Below are positions 8,923 through 17,244 of a stretch of 30,652 bases of DNA, piece after piece; position 1 is the first letter of the stretch; every line of letters begins with the position of its first letter. This DNA comes from a virus. Its lineage: Duplodnaviria; Heunggongvirae; Uroviricota; Caudoviricetes. A program made the translations under genes and the position numbers. The stretch spans positions 1 to 30,652 of IMG/VR virus record IMGVR_UViG_3300045988_047713; one strand, given 5' to 3'. Below the pieces are notes generated by a model that was not told the origin of the DNA, searched no databases, and worked only from the letters and a program-made list of their open reading frames with translations.

Positions 8923-9737
8923 TGACCCATCATATCTTTATACATCATCAAAACAACATCATCCGGCATATTGTCTACATCACAATGTGGGTTATGCGAT
9001 AACGCATACAGTCTGATTTTCTCCTTCAAATCGCTGACATCGACTACAGGTGGTTCCACTCGTGCTACAGGTGGTTCCACTCGTGCTACAGGTGGTTCCA
9101 CTCGTGCTACAGGTGGTTCCACTCGTGCTACAGGTGGTTCCACTCGTGCTACAGGTGGTTCCACTCGTGCTACAGGTGGTTCACAAACCATCACGTTAAA
9201 CGGTGTACCGGTGCCTTCGTATTTTTCAAGCAAATCGACCATTACGTTTACACATTCCGGGATCCAACCCCGGCGCAAACCATTCTGAATCCAACTGTCA
9301 GTAATTGTGTGTTCGTTTAAATTTCTGCGTAACACGTATCTGGTACATTCAAAATTACCGCACATCGCCTCAAACCGTGTCCACACGTCGTGACCGTGAA
9401 CAGCTTCCAGGATCTGTGAATCAACATATCTGACACGTTGCCAGTAGTTATTAGCAAAACGCCTGTGTGGTAATTTCTGACGCAGTTCGGTAACCGGTAT
9501 TGTGCGTTTAAGAACAATGTTTTCGTCAGAATGTTGTACTGACAAGGGTGACAGTGTGAAGTCAGTAATCTCTTCAAGAATAATACTGATCGTTTCAATT
9601 TTAGGATGAAATCTACCGCTCAACCATTGGTTGTAACGACCAACAGTTACCTTAACACCTCGACGATTAAGGTATTCAACAGCATTTTGCACCCCGCCTT
9701 TTAAATCTATCAATTCGTCTAAAAGGTTCTTTTTCAT
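8919..9737 (-). CDS. hypothetical protein with N-terminal HTH-like segment and 7 tandem EPPVARV heptads
   Basis: 272 aa from ATG 9737 (AAGGTG RBS 7 nt upstream; the track start at 9773 is 12 codons further); internal perfect 21-bp nucleotide repeats; sits directly beside the operator array. Confidence 0.6.
   Translation of the reverse strand: MKKNLLDELIDLKGGVQNAVEYLNRRGVKVTVGRYNQWLSGRFHPKIETISIILEEITDFTLSPLSVQHSDENIVLKRTIPVTELRQKLPHRRFANNYWQRVRYVDSQILEAVHGHDVWTRFEAMCGNFECTRYVLRRNLNEHTITDSWIQNGLRRGWIPECVNVMVDLLEKYEGTGTPFNVMVCEPPVARVEPPVARVEPPVARVEPPVARVEPPVARVEPPVARVEPPVVDVSDLKEKIRLYALSHNPHCDVDNMPDDVVLMMYKDMMGQ
9044..9190. repeat. perfect tandem repeat, 21-bp unit CTACAGGTGGTTCCACTCGTG, about 6.7 copies, in-frame within a CDS
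   Basis: Read directly: identical units from 9044 to about 9184; encodes the EPPVARV heptads on the minus strand. Confidence 0.9.
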
Positions 9738-9780
9738 TATCACACCTTCTTTATTTAACCACGGATAAATCATAACTCGC

Positions 9781-9955
9781 GTTAGCAGCTAGTGCAAGAT
9801 GTGCTTTATATGTTAGTGCACTTACACCTAATACATATTGTGCTTTAACGGTTAGTGCAAGATGCACGTTGTGCATTAGCTGTTAGTGCACGTTGTGTAT
9901 CTATGTTGGTACAGTTAGTGCACGTTGTGTATTATATAGTGCACGTTATGCATTA
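9781..9955. promoter_or_regulatory. array of 5-7 palindromic operator/iteron-like sites (core TAGTGCACGTTGTGCATTA)
   Basis: Copies near 9790, 9812, 9861, 9885, 9917, 9938; each contains an inverted repeat TGCAC-N3-GTGCA; spacing about 25-35 bp. Confidence 0.6.
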
Positions 9956-9967
9956 AAGTTATACTTA

Positions 9968-10085
9968 ACATAGATTGCATCATGTTTATTTTTTAACCAA
10001 CCTTTCTCTATCTTATTCTTTTTATTACCTTTTTATAGATAACATAGAAAACATAGATAAATAGAAGAAGTAGTATAGAAAGATA
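9968..10085. repeat. AT-rich intergenic element, copy A of a ~105-110-bp duplicated sequence
   Basis: CATGTTTATTTTTTAACCAACCTTTCTCTATCTTATTCTTTTTATTACCTTTTTATAGA...ACATAGATAAATAGAAG is about 90 percent identical to 29201-29310. Confidence 0.8.
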
Positions 10086-10225
10086 GAGATAGTACATATA
10101 GTGTATTAGCTGTAAATAGAGCTAAAATAAAAGTCTGGGAGATACCTATTGTAATCTATGTTTTTATGCAAGTCTTTGAAATCATTGTGATTATTGGCTA
10201 CGTATTTATGTATGTGGTCGAAAAT

Positions 10226-10243
10226 TAGTGCATGTTGTGCATT
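10226..10243. promoter_or_regulatory. isolated operator copy (TTAGTGCATGTTGTGCATTA)
   Basis: Same palindromic core as the 9781-9955 array, about 100 bp upstream of TerS. Confidence 0.45.
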
Positions 10244-10348
10244 AACTGTAAACTTAATACTAACATTGTATTAGCTGTAAAACAGGGCGTGTAGACAACC
10301 CGTGGGTATCTGTGGGAAACTAATTTAAAATTTATGGGAGACAAATTT

Positions 10349-10984
10349 ATGAAAATTTCAGACCGGGCTAAAAGAGCTGCTCTGGAGTTAACAACCGATC
10401 AACTACGCTTCGCTAACCTGTGGTTAGATCGTGTCAATAACGGCTTCAGCAACGCTCAGTGCGTCTTACACGCTTATCCGGGGCATAAAGACCCTGACGC
10501 AGCTAAAGTCACCGCACACCGCCTCCTGTCGAATAGGAAGGTGTTGAACTATCTGGACGCGATGGGAAGTCATGCGCTTGAGTCTGTCGGGGAATCGTTA
10601 ACGAGTCGTGTCGAGTGGTGGAAACGAGCGGCAAGCACGGCTGAAGAATTACTGGAACCGTATTGTCAGCGCGTAATCGTCCCTGGTGAAGACGACACAG
10701 AAGCGAAACACCTGTGGGTGAACAGTACCGACGATATCCCCAGCCATCTTCAACAGTACGTAGTTTGCTACAAGCGTTACATGCTGGGCGGATACATTCT
10801 GGTGACGCGTGAATTGTTCGATCCGAAAACTCGTGCAAAAGCGTCTGAACAACTGGATAAAATCACCGGGAACAGTATCGACCGTGTGGAATTGTCTGGT
10901 GTGGTTGGTAACGTGGTTCAGAGTGTTCCTGAAGGTGCAACTATCGACGATATCGCGCAACTGTATCAGAAGGCGCTTAAATAG
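10349..10984 (+). CDS. terminase small subunit (TerS)
   Basis: 211 aa from ATG 10349 (GGGAGA RBS); N-terminus LTTDQLRFANLWLDRVNNGFSNAQCVLHAYPG...AHRLLSNRKVLNYL fits the small-terminase HTH pattern (LT.KQ.RF...A...AGYS...LL.N.KV). Confidence 0.65.
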   Translation: MKISDRAKRAALELTTDQLRFANLWLDRVNNGFSNAQCVLHAYPGHKDPDAAKVTAHRLLSNRKVLNYLDAMGSHALESVGESLTSRVEWWKRAASTAEELLEPYCQRVIVPGEDDTEAKHLWVNSTDDIPSHLQQYVVCYKRYMLGGYILVTRELFDPKTRAKASEQLDKITGNSIDRVELSGVVGNVVQSVPEGATIDDIAQLYQKALK

Positions 10985-10993
10985 GCGGTTGTT

Positions 10994-11028
10994 CCGGCTT
11001 AAATCGTGCCGGAAACCGTTTGCGTTTT
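10994..11028 (+). terminator. weak terminator-like hairpin downstream of TerS
   Basis: CCGGC-N9-GCCGG stem followed by a T-rich stretch (GCGTTTTCG); T-run is separated from the stem. Confidence 0.25.
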
Positions 11029-11098
11029 CGATAAACAAGGTTAGGTGGTGCAAGTGTACTGTTGAAGGTGTTAAGTTCGTCAGAGAGCGTTTTAGAAA

Positions 11099-11116
11099 GC
11101 CCGGAACTAACCGGGC
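11099..11116 (-). terminator. rho-independent terminator for the minus-strand rdgC operon
   Basis: Hairpin GCCCGG-AACTAA-CCGGGC; on the minus strand followed by TTTCTAAAA. Confidence 0.45.
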
Positions 11117-11178
11117 GTATGTTCATTATTCGTGATTATTACTACGTATCATCTGGTAGTTTTCAGCATCACTACGTT

Positions 11179-12093
11179 TCATCGTTTAGCCTCCCCACCC
11201 AAAGCAGTGATAAGTTGTTTGATCAGTGCCTGAAGTTCACCTGTCATCAGTACAAAATCAGCGTCAAATCGTGCCAGACTGTCTTCAAGGTCAATATCGT
11301 CGTTCTGGCACATCAGTTCGTCGCAGAATTTCACACGGTTTAACGTCATGCTGTCAGTTAGCGTAAACGTTACCCGCTGCTGCCAGTCCATCGCCAGCTT
11401 TGTAACGACTTTCCCGGCTTCAATATGCGTGGCTATTTCGTCACTGGTTAAATCCTGTTTTTTAACACGTGCAACACCGCCGTCAGTCAGGATCGCTTTC
11501 AGTTCCGCAGAATCACCCATTGTAAAACCTGTTGGCGCGTTTCCTGAACGTACCCACTCCGTTGTTGTCAGTTCAACAGGGTTTTCAGTTGTCAGTGGGA
11601 CTACAGGCAGACTACCCAGGGATTTACGCAACAGTGCTAATGCGTCTTCAGCCCGTTTAGCACTGGACGCATCAACCACGATCAACCTGTTAGTGATATC
11701 AATCCACAACTGTGTACGACTGTTTTTAACGAACGCTCGTGGTAACAGACTGTGTAACACTTCATCTTTCAGCGCGTCTTTCTCTGTTTTCTTCAGCTTA
11801 CGCGCCTGTTCAGCTTCCAGTTTGGCGATTCGCGCGTTCAGATGTTGTTTAATGACCGGACCCGGAATAATCTTTTCCTGTTTCTGGATGGTCAGCAGAT
11901 ATTGCCCGTTAGCCTGGTGAACCAGTGTATGATGTTGTTCAGTTGCCGGAACCCAACCAGTACGCGTCATATCCTGTGAACCGCACGGGGTAAATTGAAA
12001 CGCACACAGGCTGTCTTCCAGTGTTGGTAACTGGACCATTAATGCCATTGGGTTAGTCAGACGATAAATGATTGCGTTTTTAAAGAAGTTCAT
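11179..12093 (-). CDS. rdgC: recombination-associated protein RdgC homolog
   Basis: 304 aa; N-terminus [12 protein letters not shown] and overall length match bacterial RdgC (E. coli RdgC is about 303 aa, N-terminus MLWFKNLMVYRL as recalled); similarity judged from memory, not by search. Confidence 0.75.
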   Translation of the reverse strand: MNFFKNAIIYRLTNPMALMVQLPTLEDSLCAFQFTPCGSQDMTRTGWVPATEQHHTLVHQANGQYLLTIQKQEKIIPGPVIKQHLNARIAKLEAEQARKLKKTEKDALKDEVLHSLLPRAFVKNSRTQLWIDITNRLIVVDASSAKRAEDALALLRKSLGSLPVVPLTTENPVELTTTEWVRSGNAPTGFTMGDSAELKAILTDGGVARVKKQDLTSDEIATHIEAGKVVTKLAMDWQQRVTFTLTDSMTLNRVKFCDELMCQNDDIDLEDSLARFDADFVLMTGELQALIKQLITALGGEAKR

Positions 12094-12290
12094 AGTTGTT
12101 TTCCTGTTATAACGTCAGTTAATGGTTTAAACGAATCATCGGTGATTGTTGAATTTAAATATTCGCAGACAGCTTTAACAATCCCAGCATGTGTCATTGG
12201 TTCATCTTTATATGACGACTCAAAACTAAACCCCGTGAATAGAATCTCACCACCATTATTAGTTACTGTTCCAAATCGTGTAATTTTCAT
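12090..12290 (-). CDS. hypothetical protein (66 aa)
   Basis: ORF with ATGA overlap to rdgC; same operon. Confidence 0.5.
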   Translation of the reverse strand: MKITRFGTVTNNGGEILFTGFSFESSYKDEPMTHAGIVKAVCEYLNSTITDDSFKPLTDVITGKQL

Positions 12291-12292
12291 GA

Positions 12293-12487
12293 CTAGTCGA
12301 TATCCTGTGGATTGACTTTAACGGATGTTTGAATTGCTACAGAAGGTGAATAACCAATACAGGTAAACTCCACACATTCAGCTTCAACAATCAAACCTGT
12401 TTTAACAGCAGAGTTGATAGCCGTGTTTAATTCTGCTGTCAGACGTTTAATTTTATCCTGATGTTCTAATGCTTCAGACAGTTTCAT
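12293..12487 (-). CDS. hypothetical protein (64 aa)
   Basis: ATG at 12487 (MKLSEALEH...); the track start at 12496 is a TTG. Confidence 0.5.
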   Translation of the reverse strand: MKLSEALEHQDKIKRLTAELNTAINSAVKTGLIVEAECVEFTCIGYSPSVAIQTSVKVNPQDID

Positions 12488-12633
12488 GATAACCAATACC
12501 TCACTAAATTATTAGTTAGATTATCCAGCGCCAGAAAGAAATTGACAATGAATATGAGTCCTAACATTCCCACTAACCACGGTAATAGTTTAACGACCCA
12601 TAATGGTATTTTTGAAATCAGCCAGAAAATCAT
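12484..12633 (-). CDS. small membrane protein (49 aa)
   Basis: ATG 12633, hydrophobic MIFWLISKIPLWVVKLLPWLVGMLGLIFIV; ATGA coupling on both sides. Not in ORF track. Confidence 0.35.
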   Translation of the reverse strand: MIFWLISKIPLWVVKLLPWLVGMLGLIFIVNFFLALDNLTNNLVRYWLS

Positions 12634-12785
12634 TTCCTGTTCCTTCTTTTCTTCGCCTCGCGTCGGGCTTTTGCAATACCTGTTTTACGATGTGGTTGTT
12701 TACGGTCAGTAATAAGTCGTTGTGGTGGAATACCCCACAATGTGTTAGTGGAACTTAACAGTTTAATCGCGTAATCAAGAATCAT
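12630..12785 (-). CDS. small basic protein (51 aa)
   Basis: ATG 12785 with GGTGA RBS; C-terminal KARREAKKRRNRK. Not in ORF track. Confidence 0.3.
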   Translation of the reverse strand: MILDYAIKLLSSTNTLWGIPPQRLITDRKQPHRKTGIAKARREAKKRRNRK

Positions 12786-12892
12786 ACGTTCACCACTTTT
12801 AAATCAGGTGTCAGGCTACGATGGTCATGATGACCGTTCATGGTAAATGAGAAAGTGTAATCGCACTGTTCACCGTTGAACGTGAAGGGGAT

Positions 12893-13048
12893 TTAAAACC
12901 CTGTATCGTCAGTGATGCGAACTTTAACCGGGTATTCAGCTTGCGGATCGACCGCTACAACAGTACCGAACGGTTGAGATTTGCGACGTGCGAGAATTTC
13001 TAACAGTCGTGGACTGGTGATTTCTACGTGTTGACCAGTTTTAAACAT
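12893..13048 (-). CDS. small hypothetical protein (51 aa)
   Basis: Internal ATG 13048 with GGAG RBS; the track start at 13075 would lie at the predicted transcription start of promoter copy 4. Confidence 0.4.
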   Translation of the reverse strand: MFKTGQHVEITSPRLLEILARRKSQPFGTVVAVDPQAEYPVKVRITDDTGF

Positions 13049-13080
13049 GGTGATAACTCCAGTTGTTTTACACAAATTGA

Positions 13081-13124
13081 AGTCTATCTGATGATGTGTA
13101 AACCGTCAAGAATTATTTTAAATT
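13081..13124 (-). promoter_or_regulatory. conserved sigma70-type promoter, copy 4 (minus strand)
   Basis: -35 TTGACG (13109-13104), 17-bp spacer, -10 TAGACT (13086-13081), UP element TAAAATAATTC; drives the rdgC operon. Confidence 0.55.
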
Positions 13125-13299
13125 GTCCGTCACTGTCTGCAGCATAGCAAATGCCGTGACTGTATATTGTCGCAGTTCGTGTAATGCGTTGATAGTCTGA
13201 GCATTGGTTACGAACACGCAGGTCATACCCGGACTGTATAATCAGCCAGGTTGCAATGATGGCGAGTAATTTTAAAACGTATCTGAACATGTTCCACAC
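13084..13299 (-). CDS. small hydrophobic protein (71 aa), possible membrane/secreted
   Basis: AGGAG RBS upstream of ATG 13299; N-terminal hydrophobic LKLLAIIATWLIIQS. Confidence 0.5.
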   Translation of the reverse strand: MWNMFRYVLKLLAIIATWLIIQSGYDLRVRNQCSDYQRITRTATIYSHGICYAADSDGQFKIILDGLHIIR

Positions 13300-13351
13300 T
13301 CCTGTTTGATAGTTTCAGGGTAGTGTGGAACTGGTGAAGATGGTATAGGAT

Positions 13352-13750
13352 TTACGATAATTTAACAGTTAATCCGGCGTTGGTCAGAACGTTAGCGACA
13401 TCACGCACACCAGCTTCATATCCGTCTATAGGTGTTGCGGGTGATTTAACACAAATGCCAGCATGCTTTGGTAATTCAATTACCAACTGTTCCCGACTGG
13501 CTTTCCACATGTCCCACGCGCGATTCAAACGATCGCCTTCTTCCACGGTGTACTCGTCATCTTTCCTTAATTTTTCTAAGACGTTTTTTGGTGTTCCGTA
13601 TTTGTCTGAATAACACGCTTCAAACTGTTCACGACTCTTATCCACTTTTTCAACCCTCCACCCATATTTAGCACGATTCATAGCGGTCCGTTCATCATTC
13701 GTGGTGAACAGTACGCGCCCGGATTTATGACAAATGTTCCAAGTCGTCAT
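13352..13750 (-). CDS. hypothetical protein (132 aa)
   Basis: ORF track; no recognised motifs. Confidence 0.5.
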   Translation of the reverse strand: MTTWNICHKSGRVLFTTNDERTAMNRAKYGWRVEKVDKSREQFEACYSDKYGTPKNVLEKLRKDDEYTVEEGDRLNRAWDMWKASREQLVIELPKHAGICVKSPATPIDGYEAGVRDVANVLTNAGLTVKLS

Positions 13751-13802
13751 TTCGCTAATACACCAATAATGAAAATTAGCATGTAGAATAAAACATTACG
13801 GG

Positions 13803-13961
13803 TCATAATTCATAAACCTTAAAACTACCGCCTGAATAACGATGTTTATTACACAACTTACAACGGTGTTCCTGAGTGGCGTAATTACGTTCATCTCCGT
13901 GGATAGTACGATACAAATACCATTCGTGTTTGCAGAATAATCGTTTGAGAAATATCTTCAT
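13803..13961 (-). CDS. small Cys/His-containing protein (52 aa), zinc-finger-like
   Basis: ATG 13961 with AAGGTG RBS; CKHEW...HRCKLCNKH. Not in ORF track. Confidence 0.35.
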   Translation of the reverse strand: MKIFLKRLFCKHEWYLYRTIHGDERNYATQEHRCKLCNKHRYSGGSFKVYEL

Positions 13962-13968
13962 AGTTCAA

Positions 13969-14286
13969 TCACCTTTTTAACACATCACGACAATCACACA
14001 ATAGACGAACATATGTTAATTTACGTTCATCTAACAACGCCGCCATGTTGTTAGCCTCATTTGCGAGGAATTCTAGCGCGTCTTTTTCAGAACAAAAACA
14101 GTGATAAGAGTTTTTGAGTAATACACGACCTTTATCGCTGTAACGACATTTAACACGCCAACCTTTTGGTGTTTTATTTATAATCTCATATTGTTCAATA
14201 TAATGATGGACATCAAGAGCTTTATATTTATCACTACAAGTAGGTTTGCGGATAAACCACATGTTTTGGTTATCAGATACATTCAT
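13969..14286 (-). CDS. hypothetical protein (105 aa)
   Basis: Internal ATG at 14286 chosen because it overlaps the upstream stop; the track ORF extends to 14343. Confidence 0.45.
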   Translation of the reverse strand: MNVSDNQNMWFIRKPTCSDKYKALDVHHYIEQYEIINKTPKGWRVKCRYSDKGRVLLKNSYHCFCSEKDALEFLANEANNMAALLDERKLTYVRLLCDCRDVLKR

Positions 14287-14489
14287 TATTTGACTCCATG
14301 ACCTGGTGCAAAACAAACTGTATTGTTTTCTTTGAAAACCCAACCAGCTTTTTTAGCCTGTTTCAGACAATCACGAAAGTTTTTACCACCGAACGAAGTA
14401 ACCTCAGTTGCGAAAAATGGACCTTTAGGTTTTTTACATACGGCGCAATCACAGTAAAGGTCCATTGAATAACCACTAACAACCATCAA
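14286..14489 (-). CDS. small Cys-rich protein (67 aa)
   Basis: CDCAVCKK ... VCFAPGH; ATGA overlap with the upstream gene. Confidence 0.5.
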   Translation of the reverse strand: MMVVSGYSMDLYCDCAVCKKPKGPFFATEVTSFGGKNFRDCLKQAKKAGWVFKENNTVCFAPGHGVK

Positions 14490-14704
14490 TAACCCCTTTT
14501 AATCTTCCCCAATGCTTGTTGCACAATCTGCCAGGACGATAACATGAATAATTGCGCGTATTGTCCCAGTGCTAAATTTCGTGGTTTATCCTGGTAAGCG
14601 TAAATGGTCGCAATGTCATCAGCTTCCAGACGGATCCGCCACGGTGTCAGAGTTGGTTTATCACCCATGTTCGACGCGCTCCAGTAGTTCACGAATGTTT
14701 TCAA
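14486..14704 (-). CDS. hypothetical protein (72 aa; possible internal start at 14668)
   Basis: ORF track; overlaps the next ORF by 44 nt unless the internal Met is used. Confidence 0.45.
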   Translation of the reverse strand: MKTFVNYWSASNMGDKPTLTPWRIRLEADDIATIYAYQDKPRNLALGQYAQLFMLSSWQIVQQALGKIKRGY

Positions 14705-14984
14705 TTACACGTTGTTTTGTCTGAGTAGTGACACATACACCATCAGTGCGCCCAAAAGTTTCTAACACAGTTTGAAGTGCTTGATACATTTCAGGACTGT
14801 TTAACATTAATGACAGGTTACCCCGGAGTTCCTGGAGTTTTCCTTGTTCTTCGTTTGGTAAGTAACAAGGGTCTTCCATTTTAATAATCACTTGCGCGAT
14901 TGCCCCGTGGTCTGGTGATGAAATACTCACATGATTTTCAACCCATCCTTCATCTTTAAACCACGGTAATTGTGAACATTTCAT
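14661..14984 (-). CDS. hypothetical protein (107 aa)
   Basis: First gene downstream of promoter copy 5 on the minus strand. Confidence 0.5.
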   Translation of the reverse strand: MKCSQLPWFKDEGWVENHVSISSPDHGAIAQVIIKMEDPCYLPNEEQGKLQELRGNLSLMLNSPEMYQALQTVLETFGRTDGVCVTTQTKQRVIENIRELLERVEHG

Positions 14985-15214
14985 ACCTGTAACCCTCTTG
15001 TTTTTTGTTTAGTGACAAGATATCTCTTCAACCCGTCGCAACTAATTTCACAATCCCCGCAGGAACCACCATCCAACCAGATGATGCATAGTGTGTGATT
15101 TCGTGGGGTGAGTTACGCTTTATACTCACCGTAGCGCCTGACAATCAGCGGTATCTTCAGCCGGACAATTCCGGGTTACTACATACTTGGTCAGGTATCT
15201 TGTCTATGACAACA

Positions 15215-15258
15215 ACTATACAGATACATGAGCAATCTGTCAAGAATTATTTTAAACC
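15215..15258 (-). promoter_or_regulatory. conserved sigma70-type promoter, copy 5 (minus strand)
   Basis: -35 TTGACA (15243-15238), 17-bp spacer, -10 TATAGT (15220-15215), UP element; about 220-nt leader to ATG 14984. Confidence 0.55.
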
Positions 15259-15319
15259 TCTGTTACCACCTGTCACCCGTGGTAAACTGTACAGAACAGT
15301 TACAAACGGACCGATAATC

Positions 15320-17083
15320 ATGAATAAGTTTACTGGAAATATTCATAATTACCCGCGTTGGCGGGATGCCTACGCAAATGACGAACGTATCTGGCGAAAA
15401 GGTCAGCCACGACCGGATTATAAACAGTGTTACATTGACCGCATTAACCTGTTAAATCGTATGCGCACGGATCGGGCAATTGTCCCGGTGCTGAAAAAGT
15501 ATTACGAAACAAACCCGGTAGCGTTTATCCTCGACTGGGCGTTTACTTACGACCCGCGTAACGTCGGTACTGAGTACACGCCTAACATGCCTTTCTGCCT
15601 TTTCGAACGTCAGATCGACATGGTTCAGTTTGTTTATGAAGCGCTTGAAGACAAAGAGAAAGGACTTTGGGAAAAATCGCGAGACTATGGCGCGACCTGG
15701 GTAGCCTGTGGTTTGTCCGTATGGGCGTGGCTGTATCGTCCTGGTTCTTCAGTTGGCTGGGGATCACGTAAAGAACAGCTTGTTGATAAACTGGGCGACC
15801 CGGATAGTATTTTTGAAAAGATTCGCCAGATTATCCGCGCATTACCACCGGAATTACGCCCGGTCGGTCTGCGTGAAAAAGACCATCTGGTTTACATGAA
15901 ATGTATCAACCCAGAAAACGGTGCAACAATTACTGGTGAAGCTGGCGATAACATCGGTCGTGGTGGTCGTAAATCTGTCTATTTTCTCGACGAGGCAGCA
16001 CACGTAGATCGTCCTGAACTGATCGAAGCGTCGTTGTCAGCTAACACCAACGTTCGTATCGACATCAGTTCAGTTAACGGTGTTGGTAACGTTTTTTATC
16101 GTAATCGTAAAGCTGGTCTGGAATGGGAACCAGGTAAGAAATTACCCCGTGGTAAATTGCGTGTCATGGTTCTGGACTGGCGTGATCACCCGGCTAAAGA
16201 TGACGAATGGTATAAGCGAGAAAAACAATCGTTCGCTGAAAAAGGTTTACAGCATATTTTCGCACAGGAAGTTGACCGCGATTATGCCGCTGCTGTTCAG
16301 GGCGTGTTGATTAAAGCTGAATGGGTACGCGCTGCTTTTGACGCGTTCCGTGACACAGAATGGCGCAAAGCTAACGGACTACTTACACCAACAGGTCAGC
16401 GTATCGCCGGACAGGATGCCGCAGACGGTGGTGAAGACGCAAGCGCACTGGTAATTGCTCACGGTGTATTCCTGACACATCTGCAACTTGACCACAGGGG
16501 CGCTGAACTGGCTGCACCAGGAATGTTGACGATGGCTAATATGCTGGGTGTTGATGAATACTGGTACGAAGTTAACGGTGTTGGTACAGGCGTTAAAGTA
16601 GCGGCAAATGACCGGAAAGATACTCTACGCTTCCGTGTGCGCCCGTGGTTACCGAACGGAAAAGTGGTGGATCCAGGTGGTGATATTATCGGTGGTACGA
16701 AACCTGGCGATAAAGACCGTAAATCAAACAAAGATTATTTCTCAAATTATAAAGCACAGGCATCGTGGGCGTTACGCCTGCGATGTCAGCGAATTTATAA
16801 ATGGTATGTGGAAGGTCAACCACAGGATCCAGACGAAATTATTCTGATTGATCCATCACTGGAAAATGCACAACGGTTAGAGGCTGAGTTAAGTCAGCCA
16901 ACATATACCAGTAACGGTGCCGGGAAGATTGTGATCGACAAAAAACCAAATGGAAGTAAGTCGCCAAACTTTTTCGATGCTGCGGTTATTGCACTATCAC
17001 CAAAACGCACTGAATTTGTCGAAGAACCATTTACTGGTGGTGTGAATCCTGTTGGTACGCCTGATTACGGTGACATTTTTTAA
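15320..17083 (+). CDS. terminase large subunit (TerL)
   Basis: 587 aa from ATG 15320; ERQIDMV...GLWEKSRDYGATWVACGLSVWAWLY (Q-motif plus deviant Walker A), Walker B VYFLDEAAH, nuclease-domain acidic cluster GQDAADGGEDASALVIAHG. The in-frame extension to 15095 is rejected because it would encode across promoter copy 5. Confidence 0.8.
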   Translation: MNKFTGNIHNYPRWRDAYANDERIWRKGQPRPDYKQCYIDRINLLNRMRTDRAIVPVLKKYYETNPVAFILDWAFTYDPRNVGTEYTPNMPFCLFERQIDMVQFVYEALEDKEKGLWEKSRDYGATWVACGLSVWAWLYRPGSSVGWGSRKEQLVDKLGDPDSIFEKIRQIIRALPPELRPVGLREKDHLVYMKCINPENGATITGEAGDNIGRGGRKSVYFLDEAAHVDRPELIEASLSANTNVRIDISSVNGVGNVFYRNRKAGLEWEPGKKLPRGKLRVMVLDWRDHPAKDDEWYKREKQSFAEKGLQHIFAQEVDRDYAAAVQGVLIKAEWVRAAFDAFRDTEWRKANGLLTPTGQRIAGQDAADGGEDASALVIAHGVFLTHLQLDHRGAELAAPGMLTMANMLGVDEYWYEVNGVGTGVKVAANDRKDTLRFRVRPWLPNGKVVDPGGDIIGGTKPGDKDRKSNKDYFSNYKAQASWALRLRCQRIYKWYVEGQPQDPDEIILIDPSLENAQRLEAELSQPTYTSNGAGKIVIDKKPNGSKSPNFFDAAVIALSPKRTEFVEEPFTGGVNPVGTPDYGDIF

Positions 17084-17090
17084 ACAGTGT

Positions 17091-17120
17091 GGCGGGATTA
17101 TTCCCGTCATTTTCTTTTTT
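17091..17120 (+). terminator. rho-independent terminator after TerL
   Basis: Stem GGCGGGA / TCCCGTC (one G-U pair), 4-nt loop, followed by ATTTTCTTTTTT; the T-run doubles as the UP element of promoter copy 6. Confidence 0.5.
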
Positions 17121-17156
17121 AATTCTTGACAAATTACATTATAAATGTTTGTAAAT
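17112..17156 (+). promoter_or_regulatory. conserved sigma70-type promoter, copy 6 (plus strand), -10 ambiguous
   Basis: -35 TTGACA (17126-17131) with conserved flanking AATTC...AATTAC; candidate -10 TTGTAA/TGTAAA at 17149-17155. Confidence 0.45.
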
Positions 17157-17190
17157 TATCTGTTAGATTAATGTAACACGTCTATACTCC

Positions 17191-17207
17191 TGCAGGTAAC
17201 CAATCGG
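17191..17207 (+). promoter_or_regulatory. palindrome/hairpin in the 5' leader of the Gly-rich gene
   Basis: GGTAACC-AATC-GGTTAC (6-bp perfect arms), followed by the palindrome TTAATTAA; lies between the promoter and RBS CAGGAG. Confidence 0.35.
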
Positions 17208-17244
17208 TTACAGTTAATTAACATTCTCTCACAGGAGTTTCAAC

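Noticed and set aside
9044-9190. Possible CRISPR array
   Set aside because: Repeats are directly contiguous with no spacers, are only 21 bp, and lie in frame in a CDS; this is a tandem repeat, not CRISPR.
8971-9288. Plus-strand ORF translating the 21-bp tandem repeat as TGGSTRA repeats
   Set aside because: The minus-strand reading gives a 272-aa protein with a good RBS, flanking terminator and non-repetitive domains on both sides; the plus-strand ORF is mostly repeat and has no start context.
10509-11053. Minus-strand ORFs 10509-10838 and 10649-11053
   Set aside because: They are antisense to the TerS gene, which has clear family motifs; treated as spurious.
15095-15319. N-terminal extension of the TerL ORF to 15095 or 15206
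   Set aside because: The extension would translate through the conserved minus-strand promoter copy 5 (15215-15258); the ATG at 15320 gives a terminase of normal length, although its RBS is weak.
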